Source: Promethearchaeota archaeon (GTDB lineage: Archaea; Asgardarchaeota; Lokiarchaeia; Sigyniarchaeales; SOKP01). From it: a stretch of 64,000 nucleotides of DNA. The stretch spans positions 160,001 to 224,000 of the forward strand of contig JAUVNS010000002.1 of the NCBI GenBank assembly GCA_030599585.1, written 5' to 3'. Within the stretch, counting starts at the first letter, position 1; every line of letters begins with the position of its first letter. Under the pieces are notes generated by a model, which saw only the letters and a list, made by a program, of their open reading frames with translations, was not told the DNA's origin and ran no database searches. This document shows, piece after piece, positions 10,021 through 19,662 of the stretch. The translations under genes and the position numbers were made by a program.

Positions 10021-10734
10021 ATGATAGAAAGATTTAAAACGTACGCAAAAATTTCTGATTTTGGATCTATTGCCCGTCGTTATTTTGTAAATAACTTTTA
10101 CGACGGAATGTTAACTATTATTGGCATTCTATTAGGATTTTTTATACTCATATTTAAAGAAGGACAACAAACTGTAGATAGTCATATTGTATTATTAACA
10201 GGGCTCGCAACTTCAATTTCAATGTTTATGTCGGGATTAAGTGGTTCATACATATCTGAAAAAGCAGAACAGAAGAGATCGAAATCAGAGTTAGATAAGG
10301 CTATGGTAATATTGAAGGAAGAGGACGAAGAAGATAAGTTATTAGACAAAAATGAAATCGAGAAAGCAATGTTGACGGTTAATTTTAATGATAAAAATCG
10401 AATAAAAAATCTAAATTTAAAAAAATCAAATTATAAAAGAAGGAAAGCAAAGACACTACAAGAAAAGGCAGAAAGATTTGCTAGCGTAATTGTATCGTTA
10501 GTAAATGGATGTGCGCCGCTTTTAGGTGGAATTGTTCCATTAATTCCGTTTTTTTTTACTCTAAAAGCAACATTTATTTTCTTCATCTATTCTTTTTTAA
10601 TTGTCTTTATGTGCATTGTTCTTCTAGGCGTTTTTGTAGGTTTTATTTCTCGAGAATCATTATGGAAAAATGTTCTTAAAATGCTAGTCGCTTTTGGTCT
10701 CACTATAATAATTTCAATGCTTCTACTAGATTAA
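10021..10734 (+). CDS. VIT1/CCC1-family transporter (paralog 2)
   Basis: RRYFVNNFYDGMLT, SGSYISEKAE, PLIPFF. Confidence 0.85.
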   Translation: MIERFKTYAKISDFGSIARRYFVNNFYDGMLTIIGILLGFFILIFKEGQQTVDSHIVLLTGLATSISMFMSGLSGSYISEKAEQKRSKSELDKAMVILKEEDEEDKLLDKNEIEKAMLTVNFNDKNRIKNLNLKKSNYKRRKAKTLQEKAERFASVIVSLVNGCAPLLGGIVPLIPFFFTLKATFIFFIYSFLIVFMCIVLLGVFVGFISRESLWKNVLKMLVAFGLTIIISMLLLD

Positions 10735-10814
10735 AAAAATATCTAATTTTATCGAAAAATTAAAATTTTTAAAACAATTTCATTACAAAAATAATAAATT
10801 CTATTTGATTAAAA

Positions 10815-11591
10815 TTGACTTTTATAGGTATTGATATTGGTTCTCTTGCCACAAAAATCGTTTTGCTCAGCGAGGGAAAGATGATAGATCACCGTACAGA
10901 ACGCTCAACTTATGATTTTAAAAAGATAGGTCATAATTTATTCGATGACTTATTGGATAAAAATAGTTTGAAAAAATCTGATGTGTTCGTTATGAGTACC
11001 GGTTATGGGCGGAATACGATCGATATTGCTGATGATCGGGTCACTGAAATTACTGCCCACGCAAAAGGTACGCAATACTTCTTCCCAGATGTACATTCAG
11101 TTATAGACATTGGTGGTCAAGACAGTAAGGCTATTGTAATATCTAATAAAACGGGAAATGTTGTAGATTTTCAAATGAACGATAAATGCGCAGCAGGGAC
11201 TGGCAGATTTTTAGAAGTTATGGCTCATGCTTTGGAGGTTCCCATTGACCAATTTGGAGATTTAGCTTTAAGATCTAACAAATCGGCTTCAATAAGTTCC
11301 ACATGTACTGTTTTCGCAGAGAGTGAAGTCATAAGCTTGTTTGCGAGGGGCGCTTCAAAAGAAGAAATTGCCAGTGGGATTCATAGATCAATTGCGAGAA
11401 GAGTTGCTGGAATGTCTAAACGTATCGGAGTTGGGCCAAAATTAGTTTTTTGTGGTGGAGTTGCGTTAAACCCTGCTGTGAAAAAATATCTTGAAGACGA
11501 ACTTGGATATGAAGTCGAAATTCCCGAATTTCCACAATTAACGGGAGCTATCGGTGCTGCTTTAATCGCAGAAGCGAACAACTCGCAGTAG
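10815..11591 (+). CDS. hgdC: 2-hydroxyacyl-CoA dehydratase activator (HgdC/HadI ASKHA ATPase)
   Basis: GIDIGS, TGYGR, DIGGQDSK, MNDKCAAGTGRFLE, STCTVFAESEVIS. Confidence 0.93.
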   Translation: MTFIGIDIGSLATKIVLLSEGKMIDHRTERSTYDFKKIGHNLFDDLLDKNSLKKSDVFVMSTGYGRNTIDIADDRVTEITAHAKGTQYFFPDVHSVIDIGGQDSKAIVISNKTGNVVDFQMNDKCAAGTGRFLEVMAHALEVPIDQFGDLALRSNKSASISSTCTVFAESEVISLFARGASKEEIASGIHRSIARRVAGMSKRIGVGPKLVFCGGVALNPAVKKYLEDELGYEVEIPEFPQLTGAIGAALIAEANNSQ

Positions 11592-11703
11592 ATGAGAAAT
11601 ATTCTTTTGACTTAATATTTTTATCTATATTTTAAGTCGGTAAACTTTTTTAAAGAATTAATCTTTTTCTGACAAATAACATTAAACAGTTGACTTTATC
11701 ACG

Positions 11704-12843
11704 ATGGATGACTCTAATCTACTATCTGATTTTACTTTCTTCCTTAAGGAAAAAAAACAGGAAGGGATCAAAATTGTCGCTTACTTATCCCACGATAACA
11801 TTCCCGAGGAGTTGATTGACGCTGCTGGTTTTTTCCCCTTAAGGTTAATCTTTGGAGGGAACGATGAACTAATGGACGCAAGTCACGATTATTTGCCACC
11901 TTCCACATGTGCATTTGCACAATCATGTATTGGACTATTTTCAATTAAGCCAAACTACTACAAGTTTTTGGAATTGGTTGATTACATCATAGTTTCCAAT
12001 CACTGCGTATCAGACATTTGCGTTTCAGAAATCATTTCCAAATACTTTAACATTCCTCGTTTGAATTTTTATGTTTCGTATACAAAGAATGAAAACAGTC
12101 TAAAATATTTTAAGCTCGAATTACAAGACTTTAGAAATCAACTTGAATCTACTTTGGATAGAAAGATATCCGATGAGGATATACACAACAGCATATTAAA
12201 ATTCAATAATTTCAAAAAAAAGTTATTAGAAATTAATGAACTGGAAATGTCAGGCTCGGAAAAATTGAAATTAATTCATAAATCAATGCTATTTGGACCA
12301 GATTTTCTTCACGACTTAGAAAATTTGATTCAAAAATTTAAAGACGCACCTCAACCAGTTTCCAATACAGCTATAGAAGTTTTACTTACGGGGTGCTCTA
12401 TCTTTATTGATGACAACATGATAGACTTGATTGAGGAGGGGGGAGGTAACATTGTTTTTTTTGATACCTGGATTGGGAACCATTATTATTCACAAATTAT
12501 CGAAGATAATCTAATAGATATAGAGAAAGATCCTTTGGATTTGTTAGTTCTTAAGTTTAAAAATAATATTTATAGTGACCATAGCGTACCTGACTTTCTT
12601 GAACGGAAAGTATCACATATTCTGAGATATTCTGAAAATTACGCAAAAAATAAAGGCAGAAAGTTAGGGGTCATCAATCACATAATTAAGTTTTGCGACC
12701 ATATTTCGCTCATGTCTTCTTTCTTAAAGGATACATTACAAAAAAAGGGGATTCAAGTACTAAATTTAGAAAGAGATTATTCCAGAGCTAACCGTGGCCA
12801 ATTATCAACAAGAATAGAAGCGTATTTGGAGATGATGAAATGA
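11704..12843 (+). CDS. 2-hydroxyacyl-CoA dehydratase subunit (HgdB-like)
   Basis: IPEELIDAAG, three Fe-S Cys (STCAF, NHC, KFCD), C-terminal GQLSTRIEAYLEM. Confidence 0.85.
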   Translation: MDDSNLLSDFTFFLKEKKQEGIKIVAYLSHDNIPEELIDAAGFFPLRLIFGGNDELMDASHDYLPPSTCAFAQSCIGLFSIKPNYYKFLELVDYIIVSNHCVSDICVSEIISKYFNIPRLNFYVSYTKNENSLKYFKLELQDFRNQLESTLDRKISDEDIHNSILKFNNFKKKLLEINELEMSGSEKLKLIHKSMLFGPDFLHDLENLIQKFKDAPQPVSNTAIEVLLTGCSIFIDDNMIDLIEEGGGNIVFFDTWIGNHYYSQIIEDNLIDIEKDPLDLLVLKFKNNIYSDHSVPDFLERKVSHILRYSENYAKNKGRKLGVINHIIKFCDHISLMSSFLKDTLQKKGIQVLNLERDYSRANRGQLSTRIEAYLEMMK

Positions 12844-14198
12844 GTCTAATTGCCGATGAGATAGTATCTTTTAGTTCAGTATTACGTATTGCTTACAATC
12901 TGTTAAACGGGAGAAACTACCTAAAAAGGAAGAAATTTCGAGATAAAGAAAAATTAGTAGCTATAACTTTGCCGTTTTCGGATTTAGCTTTTGCTGCAGG
13001 CACGGTACCAGTTTTACCAATAAGGATGCACAAATTTGAAATAAGTCAATACCTAAATTACCTAGGTTCTGCTTCTAGTATTTTTGGGTGGAATTCTGTT
13101 TCGAATTTTCTAAGCTTTGTTAAAAATCTGGGCATAGAACAAGTAAGTAAAATTATTGACGATATTATAGAGGGTGTAATTGATACCATTAATATAAAAT
13201 TCAACGAAATGTATGACGTAGGAGTTGAAAATGGAATTTCAAGTGATTTCTGTTACGGATTAAAAAGTTTAGCTGGCATGTATTTTACCAAAGGTCAAAA
13301 TGTTGATGCTAGTTTAAATGTTACTATTCGATGTAGTGCGTATAATAAATATTTAGAGTCTTTGAAATCAATTCATGAAGGACCAAAACAAATCTGGGTT
13401 GATATTCCACCGAGAAATCTGGGAAACTCAGTAGAATTACTCACTGATAATATTTCAAACGCCTTAAACGAGTTCGAGAAGCTAACAGGAAATAAGGTAT
13501 CAGATAACGATTTGAGAGCCCATTTTAAAATTGGAAATCAAGTAAAAAGGTCGTATAAGAACATAATTTACGATATAAGTGCTTCTGACTTTTATCCTTG
13601 CAATCCCGCAACTTTTAGTGAAATTATGGCACTGTTAAGTATTACATTTCAAGATTATAACTCTAATGCGGTTCGATATAGAGACAACATCGTATCCCTA
13701 GAAAAAGAGATGAGAGAAAGAATTAGAAAGGGAGTTGGTATGGATGTGTCAAAAATGCCGAGGATTTTCGTGACCCCCATGTTCGGAGGATGGGAACCCA
13801 AAAGTCATGATATAATATATGAGTTAGGAGGAAGAGCTTTATACGCTGATTGGGAACTACTAAAATTCTTGGAAGAAATACCAACTGGATCACACACAAA
13901 TCCTTCTGAAGAATACGCACGATTTCTTATGAATGCTACAGAAACAGGAATAGGTTGTGATAATGACAAATTAACAGATTCCTACTTGGAAATGGCAAGA
14001 AAGCTAAATGCAGACGGTATAATATTCTTTCAATTATTTGGGTGCCATTCCATCTCAAATTGTTATGCGATGTTAAGAGAGAAAGTAAGACGAGAACTTG
14101 AAATACCGATTACAGCAATTACTTTCAATAAAATTGGGGATAATGTAGAGCAAGTGAAGACAAGACTCGGTGCCTTTATGGAAATGTTTAAATTTTAG
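12840..14198 (+). CDS. 2-hydroxyacyl-CoA dehydratase subunit (divergent HgdA-like)
   Basis: Cys in SDFCY, IRCS, FGCH; C-terminal EQVKTRLGAFMEM; ATGA overlap with the previous gene. Confidence 0.8.
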   Translation: MSLIADEIVSFSSVLRIAYNLLNGRNYLKRKKFRDKEKLVAITLPFSDLAFAAGTVPVLPIRMHKFEISQYLNYLGSASSIFGWNSVSNFLSFVKNLGIEQVSKIIDDIIEGVIDTINIKFNEMYDVGVENGISSDFCYGLKSLAGMYFTKGQNVDASLNVTIRCSAYNKYLESLKSIHEGPKQIWVDIPPRNLGNSVELLTDNISNALNEFEKLTGNKVSDNDLRAHFKIGNQVKRSYKNIIYDISASDFYPCNPATFSEIMALLSITFQDYNSNAVRYRDNIVSLEKEMRERIRKGVGMDVSKMPRIFVTPMFGGWEPKSHDIIYELGGRALYADWELLKFLEEIPTGSHTNPSEEYARFLMNATETGIGCDNDKLTDSYLEMARKLNADGIIFFQLFGCHSISNCYAMLREKVRRELEIPITAITFNKIGDNVEQVKTRLGAFMEMFKF

Positions 14199-14259
14199 AT
14201 ATTTATCCTTATTTTGGAAGAAATTAAGTTTAATAATAACGTCATGAAGTAAAACAAAT

Positions 14260-15366
14260 TTAATGACTGATTTTTGCTTTTGAACTTCTTTTTATTTCAA
14301 ACACTTCTTCTCCTTTCATTTGTTTCGTTATATAGTCAGCCAAATTTAAGTTCAAAATGTTTCTTCCCTCTTTTTTAAAATCACATCCACATAAAATCGA
14401 AGATAAATTTATGATAGAATCAATTATAGGTGTAGAAATTTCTAAGAATTCTCCTAATGACGCCATAGGTACAAGTCCAGTTGGAATATCCTCAGTGAAA
14501 TATCTAGTTATTAATTCTTTTGGAGCAGCAATGTTTTTATATGCTTTTACTTTTTGAATAGCTTTATAGATACTGTTTGCTTTAAATCCATAAGATTTCT
14601 CCACCCATTTACAAAAATTTATTTGTTTTAAATTTAACTTTTCAAAAATCTTTCTGAATTCCATTTGAAGAGTCTCAAGAATTTCACAAGTATGTGAAGA
14701 TGCCCCTTGTGCATAAAATTTGAACGTTCTTCCATAATCTATTGCACTAGCGTTCATTAATGAGAGAGTTGGATGCAATAACATCCCAATATTATTTAAT
14801 GTAACTTGCAGATAATTATCATTAGGATTCATTTGGGGAAAAACATCTTTCAATGTATCACTGATGAAAAACGTATCCTTCTCTGGAAAAGCCGAAAATT
14901 CAACAGAATCCTTGAATGTAAGAATTTGGACTTTATTTTTTTTCAATTGTCTTGATGTAAAAAGTAATGTTTGAGTTTCAGCAATAAAAATAGGGAGATT
15001 CCCTCTTTCATTTTCTATTATACTTCTAACCTCTACAGCTCCAAAAGTTCTACCTGGATTCAACAATATTGTCTGATCGTTTGTTAAAAAAGGTGCAATG
15101 TTTTTAGCAATACTTTTATGTGCTGAAGCAGGAGTTACTATTAAAATAATATCTACATCCTTAACGGCCAAATGTAATTTTTGTGTAACTAGATCAATGG
15201 GAAAAAAACCTTTTAATTTTCCTTTTGCTTTTATACCTCCCTTCTTTTTGATTTCACAAATTCTAGAATATGAACGGTTATAAAGGTTCACAGAATGTCC
15301 TTTAGATGATAAATATGCCGCAAACGCTCGACCACCATTTCCGGCTCCAATAACACAGAATCTCAT
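14260..15366 (-). CDS. NAD(P)-dependent opine (octopine/nopaline-type) dehydrogenase
   Basis: VIGAGNGG Rossmann motif, LNPGRTFGA, AETQTL, NIGMLLHP, RYFTEDIPTGL. Confidence 0.88.
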   Translation of the reverse strand: MRFCVIGAGNGGRAFAAYLSSKGHSVNLYNRSYSRICEIKKKGGIKAKGKLKGFFPIDLVTQKLHLAVKDVDIILIVTPASAHKSIAKNIAPFLTNDQTILLNPGRTFGAVEVRSIIENERGNLPIFIAETQTLLFTSRQLKKNKVQILTFKDSVEFSAFPEKDTFFISDTLKDVFPQMNPNDNYLQVTLNNIGMLLHPTLSLMNASAIDYGRTFKFYAQGASSHTCEILETLQMEFRKIFEKLNLKQINFCKWVEKSYGFKANSIYKAIQKVKAYKNIAAPKELITRYFTEDIPTGLVPMASLGEFLEISTPIIDSIINLSSILCGCDFKKEGRNILNLNLADYITKQMKGEEVFEIKRSSKAKISH

Positions 15367-17117
15367 TTATCCAACACCTTTGTGATGGATTTTTCTTTTT
15401 GTTGTAATGAATTAGTAATATTTTTAAATGGGCTATTAAAAATAATGTCTTTTATTCTTTCAAGTTCATCGTAAGGTTTTTGTTGAGACTCATTCCATGA
15501 GTAGCAAGCACCATTAATTAAATTGGTTTTAATTTTACCTAACGCAAATTTATTATTGTTCAAATGTGGAGCGTCAAATATACCATATTTTACGAGTCGA
15601 TTTAAAACTTTATAATTGGTATATGGACTTTTCGATTCATCTTCATTTTTTGTTAAATGTGGTATTAAGTCGACTATCCATTTGGCTTGTCCTATTAATT
15701 CTTCTTTCCTTTCCTCAATTTTTTTATCTATAATGTTAATTTTACTAGAATAAACGTTATCTATAACTTGATCCACTATTTTACAACTTTCTATTATATT
15801 TTCTGGTCGAGCTGTATGGCTAGCTTCAGAAAAACTAACTACATGAACAATGTCTGGTCTAATAGCTAATTGAACAAACGTCGCTAGAGCAAGCTGTCCT
15901 TTGGCTTTATCCAAATCTAATGGGAAACTTGCTAATCCCGTCCGAACTTGTTTAATTATCGTAAAGTTCTCATTGACGAGCGTTTGAAGTAACTCATCTT
16001 TAGCGAGAATTTTTGCTAAGTCCATATCAAGTGAACTTGATGGAGGTGTATTAAACATATATTGTGCTATAAAATTTTTGACGCCTAATTTTTTCGCTAT
16101 AATTCCACTTAAATACATATCGGCAACAGCTATAGCATCAGGAGCATTTCGAAGGCTCCATTGATGTGGATCGTTTACTTCAACGGGAATATTATGCTTT
16201 CCGTACCATTCTATTGCGTTTAGATGCTGTTTAATCGATTCTTTTAAAGTTAAAGGCCCTCTTCTATCCATTTGATTGAACCAAAAAATAGGAATTGCCG
16301 CCCAAGCATTTTGAATTGTATCTCGATACAATTTTCCTAATTTAATGAAATCGCGTGTTCCAGCATATATCCTTAACATAGGATAGTTTCCAGTTAATCT
16401 TGCTTGATGGAGCTTTTCGAAATCTTGTTGAGTGCGCAAAGGAACCCCGCCCGCTCCAGATGATTCTTTATCTTGATTTTCAGGGTGGAAGTAATTTGCT
16501 TGCGTATTTTGATCGGGCGCAATTGAAATAACATCTAAGACTTTTGCTTTAGCAATTTTTTTTATTCCTTCGATTGTTTCATCGAAATTAGGTAATCCAA
16601 AGTGCGCTCTAATTACAGGATAAGGTTTCTTCCATTTTATTCGAGAAATAATGTCCATAGGGATTTCTGTTTTACTTTCTGATTTTCCTTTCTCATTTCT
16701 TAAGATAGAAATTAATTCAAATTTTGATTCCCCTCCGACAAAATATTCATCGATCCCTTCATATTTTCTTGCAATCTCAACTACTTCAGGTGTTCCCGCA
16801 AAAAATAATTTTTTTGGTTTTTTTTCTAATTTTATAAAACTTTTGAAAAATTCATTTAGTAAAGGTCTAACAGTGTCTGCCGTTAAACGATAACTTAACC
16901 CTACAATGTTAGGGTCATACTTTTTAATTTGATCGATAACAATTGAAATAGGGGTAGCAGGTCCTAAAAATAAATTATTATAACCTAACTGTTTTGAAAT
17001 TTGAATGAAATTATATGTACCAGCTACATGAACGCATTGTCCTATACATGCAGTTAAAATTCTTTTATTTTTTTTTTTCTCTAAATATGTGTTAGTCATC
17101 ATTATTGAATAAAACAC
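15363..17117 (-). CDS. Cobalamin-dependent protein: B12-binding domain fused to a glutamate-mutase-E-like barrel
   Basis: GQCVHVAG (DxHxxG variant), LGP, GLSYRL, FAG in the N-terminal domain; barrel segment RAHFGLP...DVISIAPDQNTQ; start may be ATG at 17102 or 17099. Confidence 0.72.
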   Translation of the reverse strand: MFYSIMMTNTYLEKKKNKRILTACIGQCVHVAGTYNFIQISKQLGYNNLFLGPATPISIVIDQIKKYDPNIVGLSYRLTADTVRPLLNEFFKSFIKLEKKPKKLFFAGTPEVVEIARKYEGIDEYFVGGESKFELISILRNEKGKSESKTEIPMDIISRIKWKKPYPVIRAHFGLPNFDETIEGIKKIAKAKVLDVISIAPDQNTQANYFHPENQDKESSGAGGVPLRTQQDFEKLHQARLTGNYPMLRIYAGTRDFIKLGKLYRDTIQNAWAAIPIFWFNQMDRRGPLTLKESIKQHLNAIEWYGKHNIPVEVNDPHQWSLRNAPDAIAVADMYLSGIIAKKLGVKNFIAQYMFNTPPSSSLDMDLAKILAKDELLQTLVNENFTIIKQVRTGLASFPLDLDKAKGQLALATFVQLAIRPDIVHVVSFSEASHTARPENIIESCKIVDQVIDNVYSSKINIIDKKIEERKEELIGQAKWIVDLIPHLTKNEDESKSPYTNYKVLNRLVKYGIFDAPHLNNNKFALGKIKTNLINGACYSWNESQQKPYDELERIKDIIFNSPFKNITNSLQQKEKSITKVLDK

Positions 17118-17439
17118 CCTTTAAACAATATTTGAACTACGCATTAAAGAAACTTACTTAATAACGAGTAGTGGTTATTAAAATTCGATCGAATAATAAC
17201 AGTATATAACCAGTTGCTCTAGTTATATCTCTAATTTATTGGATACAAAAATATATTCTAATATTTAGATAATTAATACCGTTTCAAGTTTCAATGCAAA
17301 ATTCTTCCTATCATACTAAATCTATTATAATATTTAAAATTAAGCGTCCTTTAAATAGAATAAGAGCCAAATTTTAATTCTGCAATTATTTAGATGCTTT
17401 TTTTAGAACTTTTTTTAATAAAAATTAAAAATTATCCTT

Positions 17440-17454
17440 AAAAAAAAAAAAAAA
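17440..17454 (-). terminator. T15 run downstream of the racemase gene, probable archaeal oligo-T terminator
   Basis: 15 consecutive A on the + strand, ~75 nt after the racemase stop. Confidence 0.4.
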
Positions 17455-17460
17455 TTCATA

Positions 17461-17521
17461 TTTTCATTTTCTTTTTTTAAAATTTGTTTCGTTACCATTC
17501 AGAATTAAATCATAAACCCAT
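17461..17521. repeat. ~60-bp imperfect direct repeat, copy 1
   Basis: ttttcattttctttttttaaaatttgtttcgttaccattcagaattaaatcataaacccat matches 19663-19721. Confidence 0.85.
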
Positions 17522-17527
17522 GGAATT

Positions 17528-18613
17528 TTAAATATCGATAAATTTCTTATGGATATAGGGACTAGTCATTGCTCTTAAAAGAGCTTCATAATTTAAATCA
17601 AAATGCAATTTTTGTCCAATCTGAAATTGATTATCTCTTATATCTACAACTAAGTAGTCGCTTGAAGCTCCAAGAATATTAATACTTTCTTTAGGATTTA
17701 ATCCTTTTACTGCAATATCTTGTCTACCTATATTTAAAAGTGCTTGTGTTCTAATTGTAACGCTTTTTTTTCCGTTGTTAATTTTTTTATTATAAGTTTG
17801 GACACTTTCCCCAAATGCATTTGATACAATAATCCCTTTGGGGATCATAGATCTTTGTTTTAATTCAACAATTTCTGTTATTAACCTAAAAGCGTCTGTA
17901 TAAAGATTTGGAATTGGTTCATAATTTATTGTTTCTTTTCCTAGAAATATAGCTTCTCCAATTCTAAAATTATTTATTTCACCAATGTTTTTACACGATT
18001 TAAACCAGTTAAAATTTGCAGAATTTCCTCCTGAAACAAATTCTAATTCCAATTCAAATTTATCCTTGATCCTAAAGACTAATTTTGAAAATTCATTCAT
18101 ATTTTCATCTGTCGGGATGATACCACCAAAACATTTGAAATTTGTACCAATTCCACTTAAATTTATATTTTTTAGTTTTAAAATCTCTTCGACAAAAAAT
18201 TCAATATTGAAGATATTTATTCCTTCTCTTAAATCTCCCATATCTACCATTAGAATTATATTATGTATCTTTTTTTGTTTAACGGCTTCATTTGAAAGCA
18301 TTCTTATGGTCTTTAATTCTGAATTTAGGCTATAATTTGCGTATTTAACAACAAGAGGAATTTCAGTAATGCTTGGAATACGAATTAAAACAAATTGAGC
18401 TCTAATATTATTTTTTTTCATTTTAATAATATTGTTAATTCGTGAATCTCCTAAATACTCTATTCCTCCTTGAACCAATGTCATTGCAATAGTAGGGTTT
18501 CCTAAGACAAGTTTTGTAATTCCAATAATAGATACATTTCGCTGAGTTAAAAGATTCTTTAATAATTTTGCGTTATGTCTAATTTTTCTCAAATTTATTT
18601 CAAGTATTGCCAT
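17528..18613 (-). CDS. PLP-dependent alanine/ornithine racemase family (Orr/YhfX-like)
   Basis: GITK (PLP Lys), GDSRI, MVDMGDLREG, GTNFKCFGG, SGGNS, RIGEAIFLG, GASSD. Confidence 0.88.
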   Translation of the reverse strand: MAILEINLRKIRHNAKLLKNLLTQRNVSIIGITKLVLGNPTIAMTLVQGGIEYLGDSRINNIIKMKKNNIRAQFVLIRIPSITEIPLVVKYANYSLNSELKTIRMLSNEAVKQKKIHNIILMVDMGDLREGINIFNIEFFVEEILKLKNINLSGIGTNFKCFGGIIPTDENMNEFSKLVFRIKDKFELELEFVSGGNSANFNWFKSCKNIGEINNFRIGEAIFLGKETINYEPIPNLYTDAFRLITEIVELKQRSMIPKGIIVSNAFGESVQTYNKKINNGKKSVTIRTQALLNIGRQDIAVKGLNPKESINILGASSDYLVVDIRDNQFQIGQKLHFDLNYEALLRAMTSPYIHKKFIDI

Positions 18614-18655
18614 TTTAATTCACATAATACAATTTGTTTTTAGTTTGAATGAAAG

Positions 18656-19642
18656 TTATCCAATTCTTCTTAATGCTTCTTTTATAATTTCATCTAAGAA
18701 TTCACTACTTTTTTTGTTTTCTGCAATTGCCATAAAGCCCATGTAACTATGAGGTTTATCTTTTGGTGTACACATTAATCCTGCAAAACAATTTATTTCT
18801 AATAAAAAAGGACCTTCTTCTGATAAGATCATGTCTACACGACCATAATCTCTAAGATTTATCGCTTGAAATGCTGAAATAGCTAATTTCTGTAATTCTT
18901 TATACTGTTTCGGAGTTAATTTTGCAGGGCATTGGAATTTATCGTCATCTAACTCTTTTTTATTAAATGTTAAGAATTTTTCCTTTTCCTTGTGTATTAT
19001 TTCTAATAAAGGTAAGGCTCTAATCTTATTTCCATTACCAATAATTCCACATGTTATTTCCCTACCTTTTAAAAATTTTTCAATAAGAACAGGTTGATTT
19101 ATTGTGTTTAATCTTTTTTCAACTCCTTTAATTAATTCGTTATATGAACAGATAAGTGAGGATTCGTCGATTCCAGAACTTCCTCTCCCTTGAGAGGGTT
19201 TTATAAATAAAGGATAATCAAATGGCTTGTTTTTCTTAAAAATTTCACAATCCTCTTTTGATCTTGCTAAAATATAAGGTGATGTTGGTAATCCTTTTTT
19301 AAACCACAAGTCTTTAGTAAGAACCTTATCGGTTGCTATAACGCATCCAAAAAGATCAGACCCTACATAAGGTATCTCTAATTCTTCTAAAATAGCTGTT
19401 TCAACAATGCTGGATACATTAAATACGATATCAATGTCAAGACTTTTTAAATCAGAAATAATATTGTCGTTCCATTTTAATATTTTTACATCATAACCCG
19501 CTTCATTTAAAGCACTTAAATGATGTTCTACTTCTTGATTAGTTGTATCGATAATATTCTCGTTTTTAGCAAATTTCTCTTGTATTGAAAAATTTCCTCG
19601 TTTTTTCTCAAGTACGCAAATTTTTATTTTTTCCTTAGTCAT
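18656..19642 (-). CDS. D-Ala-D-Ala ligase-like ATP-grasp enzyme with a divergent substrate site
   Basis: IPYVGS, DKVLTK, PLFIKP..GSSGI, IEKFLKGRE, GRVD, LEIN; ATG 19642 used (TTG 19651 is an alternative). Confidence 0.82.
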   Translation of the reverse strand: MTKEKIKICVLEKKRGNFSIQEKFAKNENIIDTTNQEVEHHLSALNEAGYDVKILKWNDNIISDLKSLDIDIVFNVSSIVETAILEELEIPYVGSDLFGCVIATDKVLTKDLWFKKGLPTSPYILARSKEDCEIFKKNKPFDYPLFIKPSQGRGSSGIDESSLICSYNELIKGVEKRLNTINQPVLIEKFLKGREITCGIIGNGNKIRALPLLEIIHKEKEKFLTFNKKELDDDKFQCPAKLTPKQYKELQKLAISAFQAINLRDYGRVDMILSEEGPFLLEINCFAGLMCTPKDKPHSYMGFMAIAENKKSSEFLDEIIKEALRRIG

Positions 19643-19662
19643 CTTGATCAAATTTTTTCACA

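Noticed and set aside
14260-19651. Staphylopine/pseudopaline-type metallophore cluster
   Set aside because: No nicotianamine-synthase-like gene, and the racemase is PLP-type rather than CntK-type. Kept only as an analogy.
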